Assembly (NCBI GenBank): GCA_002269645.1
Contig: NIVC01002578.1
Span: forward strand, 96,669-160,668
Reading direction: 5' to 3'
DNA: 64,000 nt
DNA from: Macrostomum lignano
Lineage: Eukaryota
The notes below the pieces were generated by a model. That model had not been told where the DNA came from. It made no database searches and was given only the letters and a program-made list of their open reading frames with translations. The translations under genes were made by a program, and so were the position numbers. Positions 1 to 13,447 of this stretch are shown in pieces; position 1 is the stretch's first letter; the number at the start of each line of letters is the position of its first letter.

Positions 1-135
1 TTGTCACAAAGGTTCGGTCCGGAGCTTTACTTTGGGCTCTGATACAATGATTGAGCTTATGCCTTTTTGTTTACATAAAAGGTTACTGGTCTTTACAGCT
101 AATAAAATATAGATCAAAGACTGGCGCTTTATTAC

Positions 136-1588
136 CGAGAAGTACTCCGACCCGTCACCCTTGACCGAGCAGGTGAGTCGGTCACCAGATGCATCCACCT
201 CCGAATCAACAAACAAAATGTTTGACGACATTGAGCACTGACTGCCAGCGGAAGCCTCTTCAACGCAGTTGGCTTTGACTACTGTGCTGCCCCCAGTAAA
301 AATTGGAGCAACGTCGTAAACGTTATCGACGCTTAGCGTCACTGTTGCCGTGATTGACAATGTTCCAGAGGTGTCAGTCGCTCTGTCATCAGGGTTCAAA
401 TAAGAATTTTGTTACGGTAGGTAATATTACAGTAACTATAGACTAACTAGTCAAATTCGATGAAATGAAGTGAAAATAATACGTGCAATTCATCAAAACT
501 CACACAACTTCGCAACTGTATGAAGTCTTCGTTTCATAATCAAGCGCTTTCAGCGTTGTAAATGTTACCATGGAGACTGTACCGCTGGTCGGATTGAGCT
601 GAAACGTGTCGCTCGGGCAGTTGGCATCAACCGTACCGAAAGTCCATGTGGCTGTAGTGTCGGTTCTCAATACTGTCGTTTCGTGCGGCGCTGCCAAGTT
701 CTCTACCAACGACTGGGTAACGGCAATGTTGCCACTGTCGGCACCTCGACTTGGCGAAGTGAATCTCAAGCCATCTGCGAATCAAATGGTGATTGACAGT
801 TACGCTAAAACTGATACAAAATCTGAGTGCAAGATCTGTTACAGTAATTATACTAAAAATTAGGCACCACAAAACGATTGAACTCACGATTGAACAGGTG
901 ACAACTGGTATCTATCGAACGGGTAACACCAGTTAACAGGGGCTATAACAGGGTATATCTATCGAACAGGTGACACGACAATGGACTATAACTGGGTAAC
1001 TATCGAACAGGTGACACGACAATGGACTATAACTGGGTAACTATCGAACAGGTGACACGACAATGGACTATAACTGGGTAACTATCGAACAGGTGACACG
1101 ACAATGGACTATAACTGGGTAACTATCGAACAGGTGACACGACAATGGACTATAACTGGGTAACTATCGAACAGGTGACACCACAATGGGCTATAACTGG
1201 GTATCTATCGAACAGGTGATACCACAATGGGCTATAACTGGGTATCTATCGAACAAGGTGACACGACAATGGGCTATAACTGGGTATCTATCGAACAGGT
1301 GATACCACAATGGGCTATAACTGGGTATCTATCAAACAGGTGACACCACAATGGGCTAAAATTAGGTATCTATCAAACAGGTGACACCACAAGGGCCAAA
1401 ATTAGGTATCAGTCCAACAGATGAGTTTACAGTGAATATTGTGGCTGAGACTATAAGAAATTAGTATCGTATTTGATTTAAACATTCGCTAAGCTTTCTG
1501 CTGGGTCGTGTGACTTATTTCACTTACCAATTCCAACGAATGAAAAGATCTCGATGTAAAAAATTAACCAGTAGTATGACTTTATCAT
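136..1588 (-). CDS. Cadherin-domain protein, 5' part (continues off the left edge); exons 1588-1528 (tentative signal-peptide exon), 774-504, 382-136
   Basis: Splicing 504|382 (GT+A) gives ALDYETKTSYSCEVVATDTSGTLSITATVTLSVDNVYDVAPIF, with cadherin LDYE, ATD and D-x-x-D-x-A-P-x-F motifs. GT-AG sites are in phase. The first exon MIKSYYWLIFYIEIFSFVGI joins in phase 1 but is less certain. Confidence 0.8.
905..1418. repeat. 41-bp tandem minisatellite (TATCGAACAGGTGACACGACAATGGACTATAACTGGGTAAC), ~11 copies, in the cadherin intron
   Basis: Period 41 read directly (units start at 961, 1002, 1043); copies degenerate at both ends. Confidence 0.95.
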
Positions 1589-2091
1589 ATTGGCAATCAT
1601 TAAGTACTTCAATTAGATTTATTCGATTGTAGAAGCCTTTTAATAAAACTCAAGCTTTTACGCTTTATCTGGATGGATTTACCTATATTTCTTTAGAATG
1701 TGACCATGGAAACATGTCAACATTTAGATCCAACTTGAAATGTGCAAACACAAATTCACACTTGAAATCGTCTCACAGTTTGTATTGACACTGAGAGTAA
1801 GATGTCTTGTCTGCATGTGTTGTGTATCTTTGGTACTTACCGCGTGAAAGTTTGTTTTCCTATAGCTACTCTCTGCTCAACGCTGATCAAACAATGCAGC
1901 CGCAGCCCCATGATTTTTCTGTTTGCAAGCTCAAACGGTGAAAAGTAAGGAGACTGACAGAACCCTTTTTCCACATCGCTCTTTTATGGATCATTTTCGA
2001 CGTACATTTAGGAGTCCATTTGATGAGATGCTGAGCATACATATCAGAAAGAAGTGAATTTGTGACTCTGACTGCATTTATTTTTAAATGA

Positions 2092-2180
2092 TGGCGCCCC
2101 TAGTGCTAGCACCCCTGGTTCTGGCGCCCCTGGTGCTGGCGCCCCTGGTGCTGGCGCCATTGGTGCTGGCGCCCCTGGTA
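2092..2180. repeat. Short 15-bp tandem repeat (GGCGCCCCTGGTGCT)
   Basis: About 5-6 imperfect copies in AT-rich surroundings. Confidence 0.85.
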
Positions 2181-4763
2181 CTAAAATGTCCTAGTATTTT
2201 TCGTCAGAATAAACAAGCTAGGAGAGTAAACTATTAAATATATGTGCATGAATAAAACTGCAGCTACAGTATATATTTTATATTATGTGCATACCACAGA
2301 GTACACACACACTCTGTTTTTTTATGTTGCCACGGTTTTTATGCAGAGCCAAACAGAGGGGTCGATTGAACATTCTGGTGTATTCTGTGGTACATACATG
2401 TAACAGCTTCGATCACCTGTCAGAAGATCGATCTGGTGTGCTCTTCTGGAATAAAAGAATTCATATATTCATATAAGTAAAAATTTCTGATGGCTAGATG
2501 CAGGTTTGGAGTATTTAATCACTATTTTAAGCTGATTAATTGAATTCTGGTGGCTGAATACTATTGCTGATATCATACGGATGTATATATTATTGCAATA
2601 CTAATTTCATGCAAACATTTTATACATGTACAAGAACCTGAACTATATATCACCGTGACAATAGTGGTACTATTCCAGAAAATTCTTTGATTACACACTT
2701 CAAATTTTTACAATGGGGTGTCTCTAAGGTTAATAGGGCATTAACAAGTAGTAATATTTATTTCTAGGATGAAACGACTCGAAGTAAAAATAGAATATCA
2801 AATTTGTCAAAGGTTGCCACGTCGATTTATTTTTTGTTATAAAACGAAGCAATTAAAGGGAAGTATGAAAATTCTCAATATTTTGCATGTTTTTGCTTGA
2901 TGCTTGTTAAAATGAATGCTTCCATAAACGTCTATTTTTAACAACAGTTCATTTGCTCTATTTAAAGAGATCAAGCGTTCAATCGCTCTCTTTCAATCCG
3001 TTGACCAATTAACTGTGAACAACACAGGTAAGCAGTCAAGTTGACTAAATCCTAAAACTTATTTGTCTGTCTCTATATAGTAATACACTAAATTTTTCTT
3101 TGCTGTGCTTCGCCTTCGTTTAGTGTATTCGTTCATGCAAAAGCCTTTTCAATTTCATGCTTTTAAGTTTTATATAATATAATTACATGTATGTAATCAT
3201 TTCTTTTAATAAATTATATTATTTCTTTATATTAATAATAATAACTATTTTAGCAAATTGTTTGTCTTCTAAATAACTACTAATCGATCAATAGCTTTAT
3301 TTTAAACTTTAATAGTGGTTATCATTGACATACTGTACAAGAAAAATACTAAGACTATATTTATCTTATCATAATTATACAATGTGCATGTGGCATAAAA
3401 ATCTTAAGGATTAAGGACCTTAAGGATTTTGTTCAAAGCCTTGAAATTGGCAGCATCCATTTATTTTCATTGTTTTTCACCTTAACACAAAATCAAAAAC
3501 AAATAAAGGTCATTTAAGCCTATTAGTATTAATTCTTATTGAGTGGTAATAATAAGAATAATTGTTTATATTTGTCCTAGCTGACAGAGGTGCAACCAAT
3601 AGCTTAGTTGCAGCTATTGTAGGACATATCTAAAGCAAAGGCTACATATGGCTGTTCAGTCCATAGACTAGGGAATTGCCATAGCCCATATATATCCTTA
3701 ATTATCTTAGCTAATGTTGGCACTATAAGGATTTAATGTAAATTAAAGAAAGGGAAAGAGCTAGGTGGTGGTTCTTATTTTATGTGGTTAAAAGACAGTG
3801 GAGTAAGAAGTAAGGAGAAGTAAATATTATCCGCCATTGGCACCATTTATTTATAGCTATCAGGAGCATCACCAGAAACTTCTAGAATATTCTGAGCATT
3901 ATACCAAAACAAATATTAACTATTGATTCCTATTAGATTTGCATTAATTGTAGTACTGCCTTACTATAATAAATTATACATTGAATATTTATAAATGCAA
4001 GTATTAGAGTTAGTTACTATGAGAAAAAATTTCAAGAATTTAATTTATACTTTATGGGGAAATTTCTAGAAATAAATAGTTCATAATTAATGCGATCAAA
4101 CTTTCACGAAGGTCACTACAGCACTACACTATACCCTAGGAATGCCAATTCTAGTTAACCGGTTCACCAACAAACCAGTTTTAGCCCTAAAAACAGTTTT
4201 TTTGTCCATTTTCGGTCTGGTTTTTGCACATCTAAATTATTATGTTAACAATTTTTTAGTGTTTTATTTTATAAACAAGCTAAGATTTCATGTTGCAGTT
4301 TATTTTTGAATTGTGATATTGCATATTGTAATTAATACAAACTATTTCTATGCAAGATTTGTATCTATTCAACTGTAATTTATAAATTACAAATCATGAT
4401 TTGTAGATGAAATACTAGCAATCTAGCGCCCCCTTCGGGGTGGCCAATAAGCAAGGGACGAATCCTTTAAAATGAAAAAAAATTCTTAGGGAGGGGGGCT
4501 AGGAATCGAATTCTCATTTTAATTCCAGGCTTATGTACCAATAAAACATGCTTGTGCAGAATTTTATAACAGACATTGAAATTCAACCATACTTGCCTTC
4601 TTTCAGAGCTACTTCTACCAGTATGCTTCAGTACGCTACCAGTACCCTTGTAAGCCTTGACATGTCAGCAATCCCCCCACAAGCCTTAACATATCAACTC
4701 CCCCTTGACATCTCAGCGATGCTCCCATAAGCCTTGAAATCTTAAAAAATCTGTCTACTTTCT

Positions 4764-4790
4764 AACCCTAACCCTAACCCTAACCCTAAA
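4764..4790. repeat. Interstitial telomeric repeat (CCCTAA)4 inside the Helitron
   Basis: Sequence ctaaccctaaccctaaccctaaccctaa seen directly. Confidence 0.85.
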
Positions 4791-5629
4791 GCATTGAAAT
4801 TTCAGTAATTCTCTCTAAGAGTCATTATAGCACTACTACAGCATTATAGCGATTCCCTGCAAGCCTCGACATTGTAGGGATTCCCAAATGAATCTCTTAA
4901 CTTCGACATGAAGCTTCTTTTATTTTTTTACATTACGCCTTTTCTATCAGCAAATCCCTCCCGTGAGGAGCCAACAAATAATGTAATAACTTTTTTCTAA
5001 TAAACTACATGTAGCTTCTGACATTAGCCTTGACATCTCATTTATTCCCCCGTGAGCCTTGACATCTCAGCTATAGATAGATAGATAGATAGATTCCCCT
5101 CGTAAGCCTTGACATGTCAGCAATGCCCCCCCATAAACCTTGAAATCTAAAAAATCCCCTGTTAACCTTGAAACCCGCTAAAATCTAACCCTCAACCCAA
5201 ACCTGACGTAAACCTAACTTTCACCCAACCTAAAGCCTTGAAATCACAGCAATTCTTCTTCCCTAAGCCTTGGCATTTAAATGATTTCTTCTTTAAGAAT
5301 CACAGCACTATAACGATTCCCTCCAAGCTTTGACATCGTAGCAATTCCCAAATGAATCTTTTAACTTTGACATGACTTTTATTTTATGTATACATAATGC
5401 TCCTTTTATTTTTACATGACTCTTCTTCTATCAGCGCCCCCCCCCACCGTGGCAAGCCAACAAAGAATACAATAAAAAAAACTTAACTAAAGTACATGTA
5501 CTTTGAAGTAGCTTCTGACTTTTGCTTTAACATCTCAGAAACCCCCCTGTAATCTCAGTTATTCTCTGTGAGCCTTGACGTCTCAGTAATTCTCCCCAAC
5601 ACAGCACTATAGCTTCATTTAATTTTTAT

Positions 5630-6830
5630 ATGACACTTCTTTCATGTCTGACATGACGCTTCTTTTGATTTTTACATGACGATTCTTTTATTCTTCCATG
5701 ATGCTTCTTAATTTTTTAAATGACACTTTCATTAGTTTTTATATGAGGCTTCTATGATTTTTTCATGACGCTTCTATGTTAACATGACTCTTCTATGCTT
5801 GTTTACATGACGCTTTTATGATTGTTTACATGACGCTTCTATGATTGTTTACATGACGCTTGTATGATTGTTTACATGACGCTTCTATGATTTTTTACAT
5901 GACGCTTCTATGATTTTTACATGACGCTTCTATGATTTTTACATGACACTTCTATGATTTTTTCATGACGCTTCTATGATTTTTACATGACGCTTCTATG
6001 ATTGTTTACATGACGCTTCTATGATTTTTTATGATGCTTGTATGATTGTTTACATGACGCTTCTATGATTGTTTACATGACGCTTCTATGATTTTTTATG
6101 ACGCTTTTATGATTGTTTACATGACGCTTCTATGATTGTTTACATGACGCTTCTATGATTGTTTACATGACGCTTCTATGATTTTTTATGACGCTTTTAT
6201 GATTGTTTACATGACGCTTGTATGATTGTTTACATGACGCTTCTATGATTTTTACATGACGCTTCTATGATTTTTACATGACGCTTCTATGATTTTTTAC
6301 ATGACGCTTGTATGATTGTTTACATGACGCTTTTATGATTGTTTACATGACGCTTCTATGATTTTTACATGACGCTTCTATGATTTTTACATGACGCTTG
6401 TATGATTGTTTACATGACGCTTCTATGATTTTTTATGACGCTTTTATGATTTTAACATGACGCTTCTATGATTTTTTTACATGACGCTTCTATGATTGTT
6501 TACATGACGCTTGTATGATTGTTTACATGACGCTTGTATGATTTTAACATGACGCTTCTATGATTGTTTACATTACGCTTCTATGATTGCTTGCATGACG
6601 CTTCTATGATTTTTTATGACGCTTTTATGATTTTAACATGACGCTTCTATGATTTTTTTACATGACGCTTCTATGATTGTTTACATGACACTTGTATGAT
6701 TGTTTACATGACGCTTTTACGATTTTAACATGACGCTTCTATGATTGTTTACATTACGCTTCTATGATTGCTTGCATGACGCTTCTATGATTTTTTACAT
6801 AACGATTCTATGATTTTTTACATTACGCTT
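5630..6830. repeat. 23-bp tandem array (CATGACGCTTCTATGATTGTTTA) inside the Helitron
   Basis: About 50 units of 22-24 bp read directly. Confidence 0.95.
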
Positions 6831-6892
6831 CCATAATTTTTTTTGTCTTGGCGTTAAAAAGCTTTAATTAAAAAAAACTCTACTCTCTAAAA

Positions 6893-6951
6893 ATTCGAAC
6901 CATCGTCCCTGCATTTAGCAGTTTAGTCTGTTTACCTCTAGGCTAGCTCTC
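6893..6951 (-). ncRNA. tRNA-derived cassette in Helitron (copy 1, degenerate)
   Basis: Homologous to the four other cassettes; B-box-like GTTCGAAT present. Confidence 0.55.
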
Positions 6952-7271
6952 ATAAATTTTAGTCATTACCCCTAAATAGAAAATATTCCCAAGACAGCAA
7001 GCATCCCCCAGTAGCAAGCATCCCCTAATACTCCTAGCAAGCATCTACCCAGATAGCAAGCATCTGCAGATAGCAAGCATCTGCAGATAGCAAGCATCTT
7101 GCAGATAGCAAGCATACCCCAAATAATGTAGAAGCATCCTTCCAGATAGCAAGCATCCCCCAAATAATGTAGAAGCATCCTTCCAGATAGCAAGCATCCT
7201 GCACATAGCAAGAATCCCTAAATAGCAAGCATCCCTGGATAGAAATAATCCTATACATGTAGCCAAGCTTA

Positions 7272-10004
7272 TCAAGCGCAGTAATCCTTGGCTATCGAGT
7301 GCAGTAATTCTTGGTTTGCCAAGTGCAGTAAGTAATCCTTGGTTTATTAATAGCAATAATCCATGGCTTATCGAGTGCAGTAATCCTTGGTTTATTAATA
7401 GCAATAATCCATGGCTTATCGAGTGCAGTAATTCTTGGTTTGCCAAGTGCAGTAAGTAATCCTTGGTTTATTAATAGCAATAGTCCTTGGCTTATCGTGT
7501 GCATTAATCCTTGGTTTATTAATAGCAATAGTCCTTGGCTTATCGAGTGCAGTAATCCTTGGTTTATTAATAGCAATAATCCTTGATAAATCAAGTGCAG
7601 TAATCCTTAGTTTATTAATAGCAATAGTCCTTGGCTTATCGAGTGCAGTAATCCTTGGTTTGCCAAGTGCAGTAATCCTTGGTTTATTAATAGCAATAAT
7701 CCTTGGCTTATCGAGTGCAGTAATCCTTGGTTTATTAATAGCAATAATCCTTGGCTTATCGAGTGCAGTAATCCTTGGTTTGCCAAGTGCAGTAATCCTT
7801 GGTTTATTAATAGCAATAATCCTTGGCTTATCGAGTGCAGTAATCCTTGGTTTATTAATAGCAATAATCCTTGATAAATCAAGTGCAGTAATCCTTGGTT
7901 TATTAATAGCAATAATCCTTGATAAATCAAGTACAGTAATCCTTGGTTTATTAATAGCAATAATCCTTGGCTTATCGAGTGCAGTAATCCTTGGTTTATT
8001 AATAGCAATAATCCTTGATAAATCAAGTGCAGTAATCCTTGGTTTATTAATAGCAATAGTCCTTGGCTTATCGAGTGCAGTAATCCTTGGTTTGCCAAGT
8101 GCAGTAATCCTTGGTTTATTAATAGCAATAATCCTTGGCTTATCGAGTGCAGTAATCCTTGGTTTATTAATAGCAATAATCCTTGGCTTATCGAGTGCAG
8201 TAATCGTTGGTTTGCCAAGAGCAGTAATCCTTGGTTTATTAATAGCAATAGTCCTTGGTTTATTGAGTGCAGTAATCCTTGGTTTATTAATAGCAATAAT
8301 CCTTGGCTTATCGAGTGCAGTAATCCTTGGTTTGCCAAGTGCAGTAATCCTTGGTTTATTAATAGCAATAATCCTTGGCTTATTGAGTGCAGTAATCCTT
8401 GGTTTATTAATAGCAATAATCCTTGATTAATAAAGTGCATTAATCCTTGGTTTATTATTGGCAATAATCCTTGGCTTATCGAGTGCAGTAATCGTTGGTT
8501 GCCAAGAGCAGTAATCCTTGGTTTATTAATAGCAATAATCCTTGGCTTATCGAGTGCAGTAATCCTTGGTTTGCCAAGTGCATTAATCCTTGGTTTATTA
8601 ATAGCAATAATCCTTGGCTTCTTGAGTGCAGTAATCCTTGGTTTATTAATAGCAATAATCCTTGGCTTATTGAGTGCAGTAATCCTTGGTTTGCCAGGAG
8701 CAATAGTCCTTGGTTTATCGAGTGCAGTAATCCTTGGTTTATTAATAGCAATAATCCTTGATTAATCAAGTGCATTAATCCTTGGTTTATTAATAGCAAT
8801 AATCCTTGGCTTATCGAGTGCAGTAATCCTTGGTTTATTAATAGCAATAATCCTTGATAAATCAAGTGCAGTAATCCTTGGTTTATTAATAGCAATAGTC
8901 CTTGGCTTATCGAGTGCAGTAATCCTTGGTTTGCCAAGTGCAGTAATCCTTGGTTTATTAATAGCAATAATCCTTGGCTTATCGAGTGCAGTAATCGTTG
9001 GTTTATTAATAGCAATAATCCTTGGCTTATTGAGCGCAGTAATCCTTGGTTTGCCAGGAGCAATAGTCCTTGGTTTATTAATAGCAATAATCCTTGATTA
9101 ATCAAGTGCATTAATCCTTGTTTTATTAATAGCAATAATCCTTGATTAATAAAGTGCATTAATCCTTGGTTTATTAATAGCACTAATCCTTGGCTTCTTG
9201 AGTGCAGTAATCCTTGGTTTATTAATAGCAATAATCCTTGGCTTATCGAGTGCAGTAATCCTTGGTTTGCCAAGTGCAGTAATCCTTGGTTTATTAATAG
9301 CAATAATCCTTGGCTTATCGAGTGCAGTAATCCTTGGTTTATTAATAGCAATAATCCTTGGCTTATCGAGTGCAGTAATCGTTGTTTGCCAAGAGCAGTA
9401 ATCCTTGGTTTATTAATAGCAATAGTCCTTGGTTTATTAAGTGCAGTAATCCTTGGTTTATTAATAGCAATAATCCTTGGCTTATCGAGTGCAGTAATCC
9501 TTGGTTTGCCAAGTGCAGTAATCCTTGGTTTATTAATAGCAATAATCCTTGGCTTATCGAGTGCAGTAATCCTTGGTTTATTAATAGCAATAATCCTTGA
9601 TTAATAAAGTTCATTAATCCTTGGTTTATTAATAGCAATAATCCTTGGCTTATTGAGTGCAGTAATCCTTGGTTTGCCAGGAGCAATAGTCCTTGGTTTA
9701 TCGAGTGCAGTAATCCTTGGTTTATTAATAGCAATAATCCTTGATTAATCAAGTGCATTAATCCTTGTTTTATTAATAGCAATAATCCTTGACTTCTTGA
9801 GTGCAGTAATCCTTGGTTTGCCAAGAGCAATAGTCCTTGGTTTATCGAGTGCAGTAATCGTTGGTTTATTAATAGCAATAATCCTTGATTAATCAAGTGC
9901 ATTAATCCTTGGTTTATTAATAGCAATAATCCTTGGCTTATTGAGTGCAGTAATCCTTGGTTTATTAATAGCAATAATCCTTGGCTTATGGAGTGCAGTA
10001 ATCT
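7272..10004. repeat. 48-bp (2x24) tandem satellite GTGCAGTAATCCTTGGTTTATTAATAGCAATAATCCTTGGCTTATCGA, with 24-bp variant units, inside the Helitron
   Basis: About 2.7 kb homogeneous array; it explains the NQGLL/AVILG ORFs. Confidence 0.97.
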
Positions 10005-10081
10005 AAGTGTTTTTATTTAGCTTTTAATAAAAAATTTTACACTACTACTTTTCAGACACTAATCTACTAATCATACACTTA

Positions 10082-10140
10082 GATTCGAACCCAGGTTGCT
10101 GCATTAGCAGTCTGGTCTGTTCAGCTCTAGGCTAGCTCTC
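10082..10140 (-). ncRNA. tRNA-derived cassette in Helitron (copy 2; GCT-anticodon-like loop)
   Basis: Minus strand reads GAGAGCTAGCCTAGAGCTGAACAGACCAGACTGCTAATGCAGCAACCTGGGTTCGAATC: A-box-like TAGCCTAGAG, CTGCTAA loop, B box GGTTCGAATC, T-run downstream. Confidence 0.65.
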
Positions 10141-10729
10141 ATCGAAGTTATCAGTGAATTTGTACCACTTAAATAGTTCAACACTCACACAAAGTCAGGT
10201 AGAGTAAAAAGTCACGAAGCAGTTATGAGTTATGACATAATCAATTTCTTAGGCAAGTCAGTACCAGTCTCTATGAAAGTTAACAATATGGTTACGCAAT
10301 ATAAATTGAGTACTGTGCTATGCTTTCACACTCAACGCTGTGACGCAATTCAATTGAGTGTCTTGTGTATTGTGATGCAATCTATTTTAGAATCAGAATT
10401 CAACCAGTCAGTTTTTCTGCTAGCATTCTTACAATGCATTTCAATGCTTGACCTTTGCAAAAAAGCATGTTTTTCGAAAATTTAATCCCTTTAACATTGA
10501 GCAATTTCTTAGCCAAGATGCATGTACCGTCACGGAAAAATTTCTGATCGAACAGTGCAAGTTCGAAGAAAATCGGTCCAGCCATTCAGGAGAAAAAATC
10601 GATTTCGTACAAGCAAGCAAGCAAGATTTTCATTTTTAGTATATGGACTAGCCAATTCCAACCCCCGTTGGGGCTTTCCGTCAGAACTCCTACCAAAGTT
10701 TTCCCACGCAAAAGAAATTCACCCAACTG

Positions 10730-13250
10730 AACCCCCCATCCAAAGAATCTCTCTGATGCAAATAATCTCACATGCAAAAAACCCTCATCCAAAGAATCCC
10801 CATACAAAGAACCCCCATCGACAGAATCCCCGAATCCGAAGAATTCCCCATTCAAGGAATCCTCTATCTGTAGAATTCCCTATTTAATGAATCGCCCATC
10901 CATAGAATCTCACATGCAAAGAATACCAATCCTTCCCGTCCCATCCCCATCCCATCCCATTGATAGAATCCCCGATCCGAAGAATTTCCCATTCAAGGAA
11001 TCCTCCCATCTGAAGAATTCCCCGTCCAATGAATCCCTTATTCAAGAAATCCCCCATCCACAGAAACCCTCTATCCAAAGAATCCCCCACCCATCCCTAT
11101 CCAAAGAATCGCCCATCCATCCCTATCTAAAGAATCCCCCATCCATCCCTATCCCAAGAATCCTCCTATTAATCCCTATCCAAAGAATTTCCCCATCCAT
11201 TCCTATCTAAATAATCCCCCTAACCATCCATATCCAAAAAATTCCTTCTCTAAAAAATCCCCCTCTAAAGAATTCACATCCTTAAATAATCCCCCATCAA
11301 AAGAATAATTGGCCAAAGAATCCAGAATCCCCTCATCTAAAGAACACCCGTTCAAATAACCCCCATCTAAAGAATCATTTATCTAAAGAACCCCCCATTC
11401 AAAAAACCCTCCATCGAAACAATGCCCCACCGAAGAAATTGCCCAAAAATTTATCCATTAGAAGCATCCCCCATCCAAAGAATCATCAATCCATAGAATT
11501 CCCCCAAGACTTAACATCTCAGCAATTTCCCCAAGCCTCGACACCTCAGAAATTTTCCCTAAGCATTGACATCTAAGCAATTCCGGCGCAAGCCTTGACA
11601 TGATACCAATTTCTCCCCGTCCAAAGCCTTGACATCTCAGTAATTCCCCTCCCCAAGCCTTGATATCTCAGTAATTCTCCCAGTAAGCCTTGATATCTCA
11701 GTAATTCCTCCAGTAAGTCTTGACATCTCAGCAATTTCTCCCCGTCCAAAGCCTTGGCATCTTAGCGATTCCCCTCCCCGAGACTTAAGACCTCAGCAAT
11801 TCCTTTTTAAGCCTTCACACCTCAGCAATTCCCCCCACAAGCCTTGACATCTCAGCGATTCCCCCACAAGCCTTGGCATCTCAGCAAGTCCCTCTTAAGC
11901 CTTCACATGTCATTAATTCCCCAAGGTAAGATTTTATACATGTATCTCAATAATTCCTCTTGTAAATCTTGACATCTTAAAATTCTCTTCCGAGCAAGCA
12001 TCCCCAAGAGCAAGCGTCCTTCCGATAGCAAGCATCCCCTGATAGAAAGTACCCCCAGCAAGATTAGTGAAGCAATTTCCTCAGCTAGCCAATTCCAACT
12101 CCCGTTGGGGCTTTCCGTCCAAACTCCAGCCACAGTTTTCCTACGCAATAAAATTTCACCCAACTGAATCTCCCATACAAAGAATCCCCCATCCAATGAA
12201 TACACCACCCATAGAATCCACGATACAAAGAATCTCACATGCAAAGAAGCCGCCATCCAAAAAACCTCCCATCGATAGAATCACCGATCCCAAGAATTCC
12301 CCATTCAAGGAATTCTCCTATCTGAAGAATTGCCCATCCATAGAATCTTACATGCAGAGAATCCCCATCCAAAGAACCCCCATCGATAGAATCCCCGATC
12401 CAAAGAATCCCCCTATCCATCCCTATCCAAAAAATCCCCGACCTCCATCCATATCAAAAAATCCCCCATCCAAAGAACCCCTATCAATAGAATCCCGGAT
12501 CCAAAGAATTTCCCATTCAAGGAATTCTCCTATCTGAAGAATTTCCCATCCAATGCATTGCCCATCCATAACATCTCACATGCAAAGAATCCCATTCAAA
12601 AGAATCCCTATTTAAAGAATCCCTCATTCACAGAATCCCCATCGAAAGAATCCTCCACCCATTCATATCCAAAGAATCCCCCATCCATTCCTAACTAAAG
12701 AATCTCCCTCCAAAGAATCCCCATGCAAATAATCCACGTCCAAATAATCCCCATCCACAGAATCTCCATCCACATTATCCATTGATTCTCCCATCGAAAG
12801 AATAACTGGCCAAAGAATACCTTCATCTAAAAAACCCGTTCAAAAAATTCACGTCCAAATAATCCCAATCAACAGAATCCCCCATTCAAGGAATCCAAAG
12901 AATCTCCCATCCAAATAATCCGCCCATTAATAGAATTCTTGGCCAAAGAATCCCCTCATCTCCTCGAGATATCCATTAGAAGCATCTCTCGTTCAAAGAT
13001 TCCCCAATCCATAGAATTCCCCCCCCCCCCAAGACTTAACATCTCAGCAATTCCCACCAAGCCTTGACAGCTCAGAAATTCCCTCCAAGCCTTGACATCT
13101 CAGCAATTCACTCTTAAGCCTTGGCATCTCAGTAATTCTCTCAGTAAGCCCTTATATCTCAGTAATTCCCCCAGTAAGTCTTGACATCTCAGCAATTCCC
13201 CTCACGTCTTGATATTTCAGCAATTCCCTCTCAGCCTTGGCATCTCAGTT
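10730..13250. repeat. Degenerate minisatellite modules (AGAATCCCCCATCCA-type and CCTTGACATCTCAGCAATTCCCC-type), duplicated in units 10648-12084 and 12085-14393
   Basis: The same module order follows each hairpin-CTAG end; the CCTTGACATCTCAG module also occurs at ~4650-5600. Confidence 0.85.
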
Positions 13251-13388
13251 TAATAAAAATTTTTGAATATGGACTACATGAATACTCGTAGCTTCTCTTC
13301 TACCTGATTTACCTGACGTTTTTTTAGTTTTCTTTAGCTAAAAAGTTTAAAATTAATTTTTTTAATAAAAAAGCTTTTACAAATTAAA

Positions 13389-13447
13389 AATTCGAACCCA
13401 CGTCGCTGCATTAGCAGGTCAGTCTGTTTACCTCTAGGCTAGCTCTC
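13389..13447 (-). ncRNA. tRNA-derived cassette in Helitron (copy 3)
   Basis: Minus strand reads GAGAGCTAGCCTAGAGGTAAACAGACTGACCTGCTAATGCAGCGACGTGGGTTCGAATT. Confidence 0.65.

Noticed and set aside
905-1418. 41-bp direct repeats as a CRISPR array
   Set aside because: Units are contiguous with no unique spacers, there are no cas genes, and the context is a eukaryotic intron.
2092-2180. GAPGA collagen/elastin-like coding exon
   Set aside because: Short repeat in AT-rich DNA without convincing splice sites or an extended ORF.
6972-9974. Long ORFs (NQGLLLLI..., AVILGLL...) on both strands
   Set aside because: Products of 24/48-bp repeats whose period is a multiple of 3; no splice signals or protein homology.
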